A stretch of DNA of 64,000 nt, from contig CBDCFN010000016.1 of NCBI GenBank assembly GCA_965216315.1, positions 1,344,001 to 1,408,000 on the forward strand, read 5' to 3'. This document shows, one piece after another, positions 30,242 through 39,271 of the stretch (the stretch's first letter is position 1; the number at the start of each line of letters is the position of its first letter). Under the pieces are notes generated by a model. The model was not told the DNA's origin, searched no databases, and saw only the letters and a program-made list of their open reading frames with translations. Source of the DNA: a bacterium. Its GTDB lineage: Bacteria; UBA10199; 2-02-FULL-50-16; JAJFLM01. A program made the position numbers and the translations under genes.

Positions 30242-30493
30242 TTATTTATTAACAAGTAGTCCAGAAATAGAAATGTCTTCATCAAGATCTTCCCAGCGGA
30301 TTCCAACACCATTGCCGATAAGCCGCCAGTTATTGCGCTGAAGAGATGTTGCCGCAGATAACTTTGGGAACCACGCTAGAGGCACACTGATCTCCCTGCC
30401 ATCGGAGAGTTCCACATGCAGCATTGTTTCGTCGCACCGGATGTTTGTAGCCGCCACAGGCCCCAAGGTATTACCTCCGATTGAAGTACTCAT
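30242..30493 (-). CDS. DUF2442-family protein (putative antitoxin)
   Basis: LHVELSDGREISVPLAWFPKL...GIRWEDLDEDISISGLL. Confidence 0.85.
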   Translation of the reverse strand: MSTSIGGNTLGPVAATNIRCDETMLHVELSDGREISVPLAWFPKLSAATSLQRNNWRLIGNGVGIRWEDLDEDISISGLLVNK

Positions 30494-30710
30494 ACCAAGC
30501 TTTCTTAAATATTGCCTTATGCTCAATAACTATCTTTTGCAAACGGTTTAACTCCTTGTGATTATATCCAACGGAATTTGCCAATACAACGGGATCAAAC
30601 CAGAATTTTGCGTATTTACCGGCGCTCTCAACATGAATATGCGCAGGCTCTTGGCCCTCATTACTGAAAAAGAAAAAGCGATACGCATCTCGACGTAAGA
30701 CGGTTGGCAT
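30471..30710 (-). CDS. DUF4160-family protein (putative toxin)
   Basis: MPTVLR..YRFFFFSNE..EPAHIHV..AKFW; overlaps the DUF2442 gene. Confidence 0.85.
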   Translation of the reverse strand: MPTVLRRDAYRFFFFSNEGQEPAHIHVESAGKYAKFWFDPVVLANSVGYNHKELNRLQKIVIEHKAIFKKAWYEYFNRR

Positions 30711-30712
30711 AA

Positions 30713-31837
30713 CTAATTTTGTCTCAACGTCTCTTTGAGTCCATTCCAGCTGTCGTTGACCCAACCCCAGGACTGCTGACCAAGTTCTTTAATCGTGTTG
30801 TAGGCAGTATTACCAAGCGCATACCCCCTAATGGCGGCTGCCGAAACTTGCGAGAGCAAGGGGCCCAACCCTGGAATGGCATTCAGAGCCAAAGGTGCCA
30901 TCCAACGCCAGTTATCTTGGAGAAAGTTTCCTACTTTGCGAATGCCACGCTGAATCGTCCGCCAAGGGTTGCGAAAGAAATCCCGCGTCCATTCAACCGT
31001 TTTTTTAATGAGCCGGAGTGGACGCGAGGCAAGCTCAATGACCTTATTGACGGCCTCAAGAAGAGGGGAGACCAAGGCACGAATGCCGGGGACGCGACCT
31101 AACAGACCAATAGGGGACCAGGCCACCACCGTCTTTAAAAAAGAACCCAGCTTTTTAAATGCACTTCCAATCGCCCCAAACGTTCGCTTGATACAACTCT
31201 TGCCGCCATAAAGACCGCCTAAGAGGGAACGGTGGGCCTCTAATTGCTCGACATAGGGCTTAAATGTATTTTCTATCTCCTGGATCTCGGCTTGCAATTC
31301 TAATGCCGCTGGACTCCCTTTGCCCTGTGTCTGTTCAACGACTTTAAGCTCATCTTGAAGGTTTGCCAGCAAAGACTTCCGATAGCTTTCGATCTCTTGT
31401 TTAGATGCCTTGTAGATCTTCTCTAAACGACCGGTGAAGAGTTCACGCATTTCCTTTCGACTCAGACCTGACTCCTTACGCAGGACTTCGATCCTGTCTT
31501 TTTTTTCCGTTTTAGAAAGCGACGTATCCTTGAGTATCTCCAATAGGTCCTGCGTGATTTTTTTGAAGTCTAACGGGGGGAGTCCCTTTTGTTGGCGTTT
31601 TTCATTGACCTTATTGAGGCGCTCTTGCGTCTTCGGCCCAATTTCAAAGACCTTAGCGAGCAGGCGTTGTCCATGTTGCTTGATGTAGACCAACGCGCTG
31701 CCCGCATCGGCCTTGAAGGTCGGGAGCATGACAGCCTCTTGATGAAACTTTGTTTGCAGCAGGGGAGGGAGCTCGTGGAACTGCCCCGTCAACAGAGATT
31801 CGTACTGGAGTGACGGGCCTGGAGTTCCAATGTCCAT
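30713..31837 (-). CDS. Hypothetical 374-aa helical protein with basic amphipathic C-terminal half
   Basis: Long open ORF; own sigma54 promoter; no recognisable motif. Confidence 0.7.
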   Translation of the reverse strand: MDIGTPGPSLQYESLLTGQFHELPPLLQTKFHQEAVMLPTFKADAGSALVYIKQHGQRLLAKVFEIGPKTQERLNKVNEKRQQKGLPPLDFKKITQDLLEILKDTSLSKTEKKDRIEVLRKESGLSRKEMRELFTGRLEKIYKASKQEIESYRKSLLANLQDELKVVEQTQGKGSPAALELQAEIQEIENTFKPYVEQLEAHRSLLGGLYGGKSCIKRTFGAIGSAFKKLGSFLKTVVAWSPIGLLGRVPGIRALVSPLLEAVNKVIELASRPLRLIKKTVEWTRDFFRNPWRTIQRGIRKVGNFLQDNWRWMAPLALNAIPGLGPLLSQVSAAAIRGYALGNTAYNTIKELGQQSWGWVNDSWNGLKETLRQN

Positions 31838-31849
31838 GGTGACCTGAAC

Positions 31850-31865
31850 TGCAAGCAGGGTGCCA
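31850..31865 (-). promoter_or_regulatory. Sigma54 (-24/-12) promoter
   Basis: Minus strand TGGCAC-CCTGC-TTGCA, exact consensus. Confidence 0.8.
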
Positions 31866-31881
31866 ACGCAGGGGGGAGTCG

Positions 31882-31894
31882 TAATCCGTTGATA
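31882..31894 (-). promoter_or_regulatory. IHF binding site
   Basis: Minus strand TATCAA-CGGA-TTA equals WATCAANNNNTTR, just upstream of the sigma54 promoter. Confidence 0.65.
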
Positions 31895-31918
31895 TTTAGC
31901 GGTTTACGGCTACCACCC

Positions 31919-31942
31919 GTAGGGGAGACCTGCCGGTCGCCC
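31919..31942 (+). repeat. Single intergenic GTAG-type REP (family A)
   Basis: GTAG-GGGAGACC-tgcc-GGTCGCCC. Confidence 0.65.
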
Positions 31943-32025
31943 CTCCATAACATTGCAAATTGAGACAGCCGCATCCCATTTTGAAACCACTTGCAATTTC
32001 GGGCGGATATGGAAATAGTCCCGAC

Positions 32026-32613
32026 ATGGCTCGAACACCGGTCAAATTACATCCCCAGCAAAACGACGTCTTAGAGGAGGCGGTCCGTCGCCTCCTCGAA
32101 GAGATCGGTGAGGACCCCGCGCGCGAGGGCCTCCTGAAGACGCCCGAGCGGGTCGCCAGCTCCCTCAAATTCCTGACCAAGGGCTACAGTGAAGACCCTG
32201 TTGAGGTCCTCAACGGAGCCCTTTTTACCGAATCCCACGAAGAAATGGTCGTGATGAAGGACATCAATATCTACAGTCTCTGTGAACATCATCTCCTCCC
32301 GTTTTTTGGTCGCTGTCATGTTGCTTACCTTCCCAACGAAAAAATCGTGGGTATCAGTAAAATTGTCCGGCTGGTTGAAATCTATGCACGCCGACTCCAA
32401 GTTCAAGAGCGCATGACCAATGAAATTGCTGAAACCTTGCGCGAAGTCCTGGACCCGCGGGGTGTCGCCGTCGTCATCGAAGCCGAACACATGTGCATGC
32501 AAATGCGTGGCGTTCAAAAAAGCGGCTCGACCATGCTGACCTCCGCCATGCTCGGTTCCTTCCGCAAGGATGCCAGAACCCGCGAAGAGTTCATGAATTT
32601 GATTCGGAATTAA
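32026..32613 (+). CDS. folE: GTP cyclohydrolase I
   Basis: [38 protein letters not shown]. Confidence 0.97.
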   Translation: MARTPVKLHPQQNDVLEEAVRRLLEEIGEDPAREGLLKTPERVASSLKFLTKGYSEDPVEVLNGALFTESHEEMVVMKDINIYSLCEHHLLPFFGRCHVAYLPNEKIVGISKIVRLVEIYARRLQVQERMTNEIAETLREVLDPRGVAVVIEAEHMCMQMRGVQKSGSTMLTSAMLGSFRKDARTREEFMNLIRN

Positions 32614-33280
32614 TCGCAATGCGGTGACGCCACCGCCAATTTTGCCAATAACGACTTTGGTAGGCTGCCATAAAACCGGGAAGTTTCCCTAAGGCCTGCT
32701 TCTTAAAATAATTCGCGGCCAACGGCCGGCCTTCCTCGCGCCACTTCTCCGCGTAAAAGGTATTGAACAGTAGGGGCGCTTCGCGAAGCGCCCCTACATC
32801 CTTAAATCCCGCATGTTCCAAAAGCAGCTCACAACTCTCCCGCAAATAACGCTGATCATCGTGAGCTAAGACAAGCTCGCCCTCATCGCGAAGGGTCCGA
32901 TACAAATCATGGACAAAAGCGGCCTGAAACAAGCGGTGCTTGGCATGGCGCTTTTTCGGCCATGGATCCGAAAAGAGAATATAAATAGATTGCAATTGAT
33001 TGGGCCGAAACAGGCAGGGCAAAGCCACACGGGCATCTCCTAAAATGAGCCGGATGTTACTCAACTGAAAGCGCTGCACCCGTTTGATCAGTTTATAGTA
33101 GCGCTTTTTTTTGATCTCAATCGCCGCAATGACTTCTTCGGGGTGATTGCGTGCCAATTCAAACAAAAAATCACCACGGCCCGGACCGACCTCGAGCCGC
33201 GTCGCTGCATCGATATCGTCGGAGGTCGGATAACAACTCAGCGGCTCATGATAACGAAATGGATTATGCCTATTTGTCAT
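32591..33280 (-). CDS. trmB: tRNA (guanine-N7)-methyltransferase TrmB
   Basis: [38 protein letters not shown]. Confidence 0.88.
   Translation of the reverse strand: MTNRHNPFRYHEPLSCYPTSDDIDAATRLEVGPGRGDFLFELARNHPEEVIAAIEIKKKRYYKLIKRVQRFQLSNIRLILGDARVALPCLFRPNQLQSIYILFSDPWPKKRHAKHRLFQAAFVHDLYRTLRDEGELVLAHDDQRYLRESCELLLEHAGFKDVGALREAPLLFNTFYAEKWREEGRPLAANYFKKQALGKLPGFMAAYQSRYWQNWRWRHRIAINSESNS
32770..32797. repeat. Perfect 28-bp GTAG-type REP palindrome (family A) in frame in trmB
   Basis: gtaggggcgcttcg|cgaagcgcccctac; encodes VGALREAPL. Confidence 0.85.
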
Positions 33281-33317
33281 TAGACACGTTTACATCATTT
33301 CCTTATAATTCGCGTCA

Positions 33318-34235
33318 ATGGGATCTCTATTGTGTCATAATTCGGAGCTTTTAGCGCATTTAGACCGATATTTGGTGCACTTGCGCATCGAAAAGGGGCT
33401 CGCCACCAATACCATCGAGGCCTACAACGCCGACCTGATGGATTTTTATGATTATCTGGCACGACTTAAGATCACTCAGCTCCAGCAGATCACGCAAGAA
33501 AAACTCCTCGAGTACGTGATTTCGCTAAGCAAACGTCAAATTCAACACACGACCCTCGCACGTAAGGTCGTCTCGCTCCGCCGCTTCTTTGCTTTTCTGG
33601 TCGAACGGAATCAATTGAAGGAAGATCCGGCCAAACGAATGGACAGCCCCCAACGCCAACTGAAGTTGCCTTCGGTATTGAGTCGGTCGGAACTCGAAGA
33701 GCTCCTGAAACAACCGGACCTCGCGCGTCCGGAAGGGCTCCGCGACCGCACGATGCTGGAGTTTCTCTACGCCTCGGGACTGCGTGTCTCTGAGTTGGTC
33801 GGTCTCCGTCCCGAGTTCATCAATAATCAACATGGTTATATCCGCACGATAGGCAAGGGCGCAAAGGAAAGAATCATTCCAATGGGCAAGAGTGCGCTCG
33901 CTTATTATCAACAATATCTCGAGGCGGCGCGGCCGAAGCTCGCTCGCACTCGAGACTCCGGACACCTCTTTTTATCTCGTCGGGGCAATGGCATGTCACG
34001 TCAGTCCGTTTGGGAACGACTCCGCACGTACGCCCGTCAGGCGGGTCTCAAGAAGAAGATCTCGCCTCACACCTTGCGCCATTCCTTTGCCACCCATCTC
34101 TTAGAAGGCGGCGCCGATCTCCGCAGCCTCCAAATGATGCTTGGCCATTCGGATATATCGACGACCCAGATCTACACCCATGTTTCCGGATCCCGACTCA
34201 AAGAAATTCATGAAAAATATCACCCACGGCCGTAG
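33318..34235 (+). CDS. xerD: Tyrosine recombinase XerD
   Basis: EKGLATNTIEAY, LYASGLRVSEL, GKGAKER, SPHTLRHSFATHLL, LGHSDISTTQIYTHV, HPR end. Confidence 0.93.
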   Translation: MGSLLCHNSELLAHLDRYLVHLRIEKGLATNTIEAYNADLMDFYDYLARLKITQLQQITQEKLLEYVISLSKRQIQHTTLARKVVSLRRFFAFLVERNQLKEDPAKRMDSPQRQLKLPSVLSRSELEELLKQPDLARPEGLRDRTMLEFLYASGLRVSELVGLRPEFINNQHGYIRTIGKGAKERIIPMGKSALAYYQQYLEAARPKLARTRDSGHLFLSRRGNGMSRQSVWERLRTYARQAGLKKKISPHTLRHSFATHLLEGGADLRSLQMMLGHSDISTTQIYTHVSGSRLKEIHEKYHPRP

Positions 34236-34292
34236 GGGTGCCCCGCAGCATCAACCATTGACCTATTAATCGATCAACCGTATATACCCTGA

Positions 34293-35300
34293 ATGTCAGC
34301 TAAACCACGTGTCGTCAGCGGCGTCCGCCCGACCGGTCGCCTTCATCTCGGTCACCTTCATGGCGTCATCCGCAACTGGGTCGAACTGCAAGAGAGCTAT
34401 GAATGTTATTTTTTTATCGCCGATTGGCATGCCCTGACGACCGAGTATGAAGATCCCAAAATCGTTGCCCAATCGGGCCGCGATATTCTGGCCGACTGGC
34501 TCGCGGCCGGCATTAACCCGAAAAAGTCGACCCTATTCATTCAATCAGACGTTAAAGAGCATGCGGAATTATACCTACTCTTGGGGATGACGACCCCCTT
34601 GAGTTGGCTGGAGCGCGTCCCATCCTATAAGGAAACCCAACAAAATTTAGCCAACCGCGACCTTAAAACCTATGGTTTTTTAGGCTATCCCTTACTCCAA
34701 ACCGCCGATGTCATCCTTTATAATGCCGAACGGGTGCCGGTGGGCACGGACCAAGTCCCGCATATTGAACTGTCGCGCGAGATCGTCAGGCGTATCAACC
34801 ATATCTATCGTAAAGCGGCAGGGGGTAATGACCTCTTTGTCGAACCGCAACCCTTGTTGACCAGTAGTCCCAAATTGCTCGGACCCGATCGGCGCAAAAT
34901 GAGCAAGAGCTATGATAACTGTATCTACCTAGCCGATCCTCCTGAGGTAATCCGCAAAAAAATCATGGCGGCCATCACGGATCCGGCTCGGGTGCGCAAA
35001 GACGATCCGGGAGACCCCGATATCTGCCTTATTTATGACTATCACAAAATCCATAGTGATAAAGAGACCTTAGCGCGAGTCGCTCAAGAATGTCGGGCCG
35101 GAACCATGGGCTGTGTCGAGGATAAGAAGATGATGGCGGAAACCCTGGTTGAATTTCTCCAACCTCATCAACAAAGACGCCAAGAGTATCTTGACGACCC
35201 GGCCCAATTAGATGCCATATTAGCGGCAGGAACGGCCCGCGCCCGCGATGTGGCGGCCGACACCATGAAACGAGTCCGTAAGGTTATGCAGGTAAGATAA
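34293..35300 (+). CDS. trpS: Tryptophanyl-tRNA synthetase
   Basis: SGVRPTGRLHLGH, ADWHALT, VPVGTDQ, KMSKS. Confidence 0.97.
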   Translation: MSAKPRVVSGVRPTGRLHLGHLHGVIRNWVELQESYECYFFIADWHALTTEYEDPKIVAQSGRDILADWLAAGINPKKSTLFIQSDVKEHAELYLLLGMTTPLSWLERVPSYKETQQNLANRDLKTYGFLGYPLLQTADVILYNAERVPVGTDQVPHIELSREIVRRINHIYRKAAGGNDLFVEPQPLLTSSPKLLGPDRRKMSKSYDNCIYLADPPEVIRKKIMAAITDPARVRKDDPGDPDICLIYDYHKIHSDKETLARVAQECRAGTMGCVEDKKMMAETLVEFLQPHQQRRQEYLDDPAQLDAILAAGTARARDVAADTMKRVRKVMQVR

Positions 35301-35303
35301 GCT

Positions 35304-36077
35304 ATGTCAGAAGTAAGCCCCTCACCAGCCGATATCTCCTACCGCGTCTCCTTGGAATCCTTCGAGGGACCGCTGGATCTTTTGCTCCACCTTATAAAGA
35401 AGAACGACATTGATATCTACGATATCCCCATTGCCCTGGTCCTGGAGCAATACTTGGGCTACGTGGAGGAGGCTAAGGAACTTGATATTGACTTGGCGGG
35501 CGATTTTCTGCTCGTCGCCGCGGAACTCATCCTAATTAAATCACGACTCCTCATGCCCTGCGATGAAGAGGGAGAAGGGGAGGAAGGACCAGATCCACGT
35601 GAAGAACTGGTTCGACGTCTGATTGAATATCAACGCTATAAAGAAGCGGGAGAAAAACTGATCACTCGCCCGATGCTGGGCAAAGACGTCTTCAAACGCG
35701 GTATCACCGAAAATCCGCCCGAGGAAGAAGAGAGCCTGGAATGCGACATGACCGCTCTTTTGCTCGCCTTTCAGGATGTGCTCAAGCGTCTTCCCGCCGA
35801 TAAAGCCTATGAGATTCAGCAAGAATCTTTCAGCGTGCAAGACAAGATCCTCGAATTGACGGAACGTCTTAAAATCGAGCGCGAGCTCAAATTTCAGGAT
35901 CTATTTGCCATGGACAAAGGGAAGGGTGAGGTGATCGTTACCTTTCTCGGCCTCTTAGAAATGGCCAAACTACGGATGATTCTTATTAGACAAGGGAGCA
36001 GCTTTGACGAAATTTTCGTTTCTTCGCGAGTCGAAGCAGCGCCCGAGACAGCCACTGAGGAAGAAGGAGACGGTTAA
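35304..36077 (+). CDS. scpA: Segregation/condensation protein ScpA (kleisin)
   Basis: FEGPLDLLLHLI, IKSRLL, DPREELVRRLIEY, TFLGLLEM. Confidence 0.95.
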   Translation: MSEVSPSPADISYRVSLESFEGPLDLLLHLIKKNDIDIYDIPIALVLEQYLGYVEEAKELDIDLAGDFLLVAAELILIKSRLLMPCDEEGEGEEGPDPREELVRRLIEYQRYKEAGEKLITRPMLGKDVFKRGITENPPEEEESLECDMTALLLAFQDVLKRLPADKAYEIQQESFSVQDKILELTERLKIERELKFQDLFAMDKGKGEVIVTFLGLLEMAKLRMILIRQGSSFDEIFVSSRVEAAPETATEEEGDG

Positions 36078-36869
36078 ATGTCCGAGTTGAGACCTATCAT
36101 TGAGGCCCTCTTGCTAGCCGCCGAAGAACCGCTTTCTCTCAACGAGCTTGCCAAGATAATTATCGATAAAAAAGCCGAATCTCAGCCGACTAAGGCCGAT
36201 ATCAAAGGCGTATTGGATGAAATGATCGAAAAATATGCAGAATCAGCGCATGGGATCCATATCGTTGAGGTCAATGGGGGCTATCAATTCCGTACGAAGC
36301 AGGCTTATGCCGATTGGATCCTTCAACTCAACAACCCCAAGGCCATTCGCCTCTCCAAGCCCGCCGTTGAATCGTTAGCGATCATCGCCTATCGCCAACC
36401 GATCACGCGTGGTGAAGTCGACCATATCCGCGGCGTCGACAGTGGCGCCGTAATGAAAGGGCTCTTAGAAAGGCGCCTCCTCAAGATTGTCGGTCGCAAA
36501 GAGGAACCAGGGCGTCCTTTACTCTATGGAACCACCCCCGACTTTCTAGAACTCTTTGGCCTCAAAGATCTCAAAGAATTGCCCCCGCTCAAGGAATTAG
36601 AGCAACAAGCTCAAGAAATGATCCGCCGCAGCCGTGAAGTCGAGGAAGAGGGTGAAGAAGGGCTTCACGGGCTCGAAGTTGATATCAGCGACCTTGAATG
36701 GCTCGATGAGAAAGAAAAAGAAGTCTTCAGCGAACTCGATACCAAGTTATCTGATTTGAAAAATGCCGACAAAAAGACCCAAGAGATCATCACCCCGTCC
36801 GAAAACGCCGCCCCAACGAGTCCAGAAACGCCCGAAACGCAGCCCGAAGAAAACCCTGTAACTGATTGA
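36078..36869 (+). CDS. scpB: Segregation/condensation protein ScpB
   Basis: IIEALL, GGYQFRT, LAIIAYRQPITR, PGRPLLYGTT. Confidence 0.95.
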   Translation: MSELRPIIEALLLAAEEPLSLNELAKIIIDKKAESQPTKADIKGVLDEMIEKYAESAHGIHIVEVNGGYQFRTKQAYADWILQLNNPKAIRLSKPAVESLAIIAYRQPITRGEVDHIRGVDSGAVMKGLLERRLLKIVGRKEEPGRPLLYGTTPDFLELFGLKDLKELPPLKELEQQAQEMIRRSREVEEEGEEGLHGLEVDISDLEWLDEKEKEVFSELDTKLSDLKNADKKTQEIITPSENAAPTSPETPETQPEENPVTD

Positions 36870-36881
36870 TTTTTAAAGATA

Positions 36882-36913
36882 AAAGGGCCACCTCCCGTGT
36901 GAAGGTGACCCTT
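36882..36913. terminator. Hairpin between convergent scpB and tRNA, probable terminator
   Basis: aagggccacct...aggtgaccctt with an A-run on the left. Confidence 0.55.
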
Positions 36914-36926
36914 GAAGTTTTGTCTT

Positions 36927-37001
<75 letters not shown>

Positions 37002-37198
37002 ATAAGTTTTGCCTTTTAAACAGGAACTCCCCGTAAAAAGTCAAGAAGTGAAATTTAAGTGTCAAGTGACCTGATTGCGACGATAAACTGCGACATAAAA
37101 GCATGATTAAGTGCGTAACTTGCACGCGCTTCATTAAAGAAACATCGCGCCAACCCGCATGAACTGTGCGTTTGCTAATACACTCCGCTTGCAAAAAG

Positions 37199-37207
37199 TT
37201 ATCCACA
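37199..37207 (+). promoter_or_regulatory. Perfect DnaA box
   Basis: TTATCCACA, 100 bp upstream of the histone-like gene promoter. Confidence 0.5.
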
Positions 37208-37307
37208 AGTCAGAACAAAGTGACATCTTTGCGTGCAAACAAGTCATTAAGTGACGGTTGATTGTTACTAACCCGTTGTAAAAATGTGTTTTTTTCTTGA
37301 ATATCTG

Positions 37308-37336
37308 TTGACCACATTGCTCCAATTAAATATAAT
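37308..37336 (+). promoter_or_regulatory. Sigma70-type promoter of the histone-like gene
   Basis: TTGACC-17bp-TATAAT. Confidence 0.75.
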
Positions 37337-37403
37337 TTCGCTTAATTGTGGCAAATCTCGTTTAATTAAACGTGACCACGTGAACGAGAGCTAGGAGGTA
37401 ACA

Positions 37404-37865
37404 ATGGCAGCAAGGAAAAGAAAGGCAGCAGCGAAAAAGAAATCGCCTGCCCGTAAAAAACCGGCGCGCAAAAAGGCGTCGAAAAAGAAAGCCTCTGCAA
37501 GCAAGAAAAAAGTAGCCCGTAAAGCTACTAAGCGGAAGGCGACTAAACGTAAAGCTACCAAGCGTAAGGCAACCAAGCGTAAGGCAACTAAGCGTAAGGC
37601 AACTAAGCGTAAGGCAACCAAGCGTAAGGCAACTAAGCGTAAGGCAACTAAACGTAAGGCAACCAAGCGTAAGGCAACTAAGCGTAAGGCAACCAAGCGT
37701 AAGGCAACCAAGCGTAAGGCAACCAAGCGTAAGGCAACTAAGCGTAAGGCAACTAAACGTAAGGCTACCAAGCGCAAAGCTACCAAGCGCAAAGCGACTA
37801 AACGGAAGGCCACAAAGCGTAAAGCGACTAAACGCAAGGCCACCAAGCGTCGTAAAAAGAGGTAG
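37404..37865 (+). CDS. Histone H1-like basic nucleoid protein with 22 KATKR pentapeptide repeats
   Basis: AGGAGG RBS, promoter and terminator; Lys/Arg/Ala-rich with no acidic residue; synonymous variation among repeats. Confidence 0.88.
   Translation: MAARKRKAAAKKKSPARKKPARKKASKKKASASKKKVARKATKRKATKRKATKRKATKRKATKRKATKRKATKRKATKRKATKRKATKRKATKRKATKRKATKRKATKRKATKRKATKRKATKRKATKRKATKRKATKRKATKRKATKRRKKR
37521..37850 (+). repeat. Coding tandem repeat, 22 x 15 bp
   Basis: AARGCNACHAARCGN units varying only at third codon positions. Confidence 0.95.
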
Positions 37866-37941
37866 AAACGCCTAACTTTGGTTAGGCAGAAACTGCAGCA
37901 TTGGCATTGCCTCCTTGCTGCTATTCAGCTTTCTGTCTCTC

Positions 37942-37977
37942 AACCCCGTGGGATTAATTTCCCACGGGGTTTTTTTA
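37942..37977 (+). terminator. Intrinsic terminator of the histone-like gene
   Basis: aaccccgtggga-ttaatt-tcccacggggtt plus T-run. Confidence 0.92.
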
Positions 37978-38022
37978 TAGGCGAACGCTTGATAATTCAT
38001 CCGGCTTCGCTAACTATACGGC

Positions 38023-38892
38023 ATGGCACATTACTTCTTCGATCTCGATCCGAGCACCCAAACCAATTTACAAAAGCGCTACGCAATTATCCCCATCCCG
38101 TATGAGCGCACCGTTAGTTATGGCAATGGAACCGCGGCGGGACCGCAAGCGATTCTCGACGCGTCACGTCAATTAGAAGCGTATGATGAGGAAGTCAAAA
38201 GTGAAGTCAGTCGACAGATCGGTATCGAGACATTGCCAAGTATTTCATTTGATGAACGGGAAGGGGAGTCGGCTATTCAAATGATTCAACAGCAAGTCGA
38301 ACCCATCGTCGCAAAGCAGCTTATCCCGATAGGCCTAGGAGGCGAGCATACCGTCAGTTTAGGCATTATTCGTCCCTTGATCGCCATTTATCCTGAACTA
38401 CAGGTCGTGCAGATCGATGCCCATTCGGACTTGAGAGACCAATATTTGGATAATTCTTATTCTCACGCCTGTGTCATGCGTCGTGTCCATGAGCTTGGGG
38501 CAAAGATACACGCTGTCGGCATTCGTGCCCAATGCCGAGAAGAAGCTGAGTTTGCCAAGGAGACGGGTATCCACCTTTACTATGACTATCAGCGACGCAA
38601 CAATCCGGACTGGGTTAATGAGTTTATCTCTCACTTGGATCCTTCGCTGCCGGTCTACCTTACCATTGATTGCGATGGCTTTGATCCGGCCGTTTTGCCG
38701 CATACGGGAACACCCGTGCCCGGAGGACTTAATTGGACAGACATGATGGCCTTATGTCGCGTTTTGACACAGTGCTTCACAATCGTCGGTGTTGACGTGG
38801 TCGAGCTGGCACCCAATCAATACAGCCAAGCCTCGGATTTTCTCTGCGCCCAGCTTATCTATAAGTTAATGAGCTACAATGAGGCTAAATAG
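38023..38892 (+). CDS. speB: Agmatinase
   Basis: GGEHTVS, DAHSDLRD, SHAC, TIDCDGFDP, GTPVPGG, DVVELAP. Confidence 0.93.
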   Translation: MAHYFFDLDPSTQTNLQKRYAIIPIPYERTVSYGNGTAAGPQAILDASRQLEAYDEEVKSEVSRQIGIETLPSISFDEREGESAIQMIQQQVEPIVAKQLIPIGLGGEHTVSLGIIRPLIAIYPELQVVQIDAHSDLRDQYLDNSYSHACVMRRVHELGAKIHAVGIRAQCREEAEFAKETGIHLYYDYQRRNNPDWVNEFISHLDPSLPVYLTIDCDGFDPAVLPHTGTPVPGGLNWTDMMALCRVLTQCFTIVGVDVVELAPNQYSQASDFLCAQLIYKLMSYNEAK

Positions 38893-38906
38893 CGATTAGT
38901 TCGCGC

Positions 38907-39170
38907 TTAACGCGCCAAAGTGTCAGCTTTCATTGGCTCCGTGGCAGCATCCAGAATTGTCTCAGTTTTCAGCTTTTCTTCGTCCTGAAGCTCAACCTGA
39001 ACCGATTTTGTGGAAACTTCCTGGCTGGTCGTATCAATCTTAGTGGAAGTCGTATCCGTAAGGATCTTAGTTTCGTCGGTTTTGATCTGACCACGAGGCA
39101 TCATGCCCATGCCATAAATCGAAGCGGACAGACTCATGAAGAGCATCAATGAAAGGAGGCGTTGTATCAT
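38907..39170 (-). CDS. Small secreted Thr-rich hypothetical protein
   Basis: Signal-peptide-like N-terminus MIQRLLSLMLFMSLSASIYG; GAGG RBS. Confidence 0.65.
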   Translation of the reverse strand: MIQRLLSLMLFMSLSASIYGMGMMPRGQIKTDETKILTDTTSTKIDTTSQEVSTKSVQVELQDEEKLKTETILDAATEPMKADTLAR

Positions 39171-39271
39171 GGTGCGCCTCTTATGACCCAAGCAAGGGAA
39201 ATAGATCAAGAACAAGATCGATCCGCAAGCTACCTTTATATATAAGGTGCCCCAATCCGCCCACACATACA

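Noticed and set aside
37010..37400. Replication origin (AT-rich with DnaA box)
   Set aside because: Only one perfect box, no dnaA/dnaN nearby, and the locus lies beside dif with converging genes
37391..37846. 151-aa antisense ORF of RLVAL repeats
   Set aside because: Shadow of the KATKR repeat; the sense gene has the promoter, RBS and terminator
37521..37850. Possible CRISPR array
   Set aside because: Contiguous 15-bp coding units with no spacers and no cas genes
37872..37916. Tiny antisense ORF (MPMLQFLPNQS) behind AAGGAGG on the minus strand
   Set aside because: The SD is better explained as the complement of the anti-RBS segment; no antisense promoter evidence
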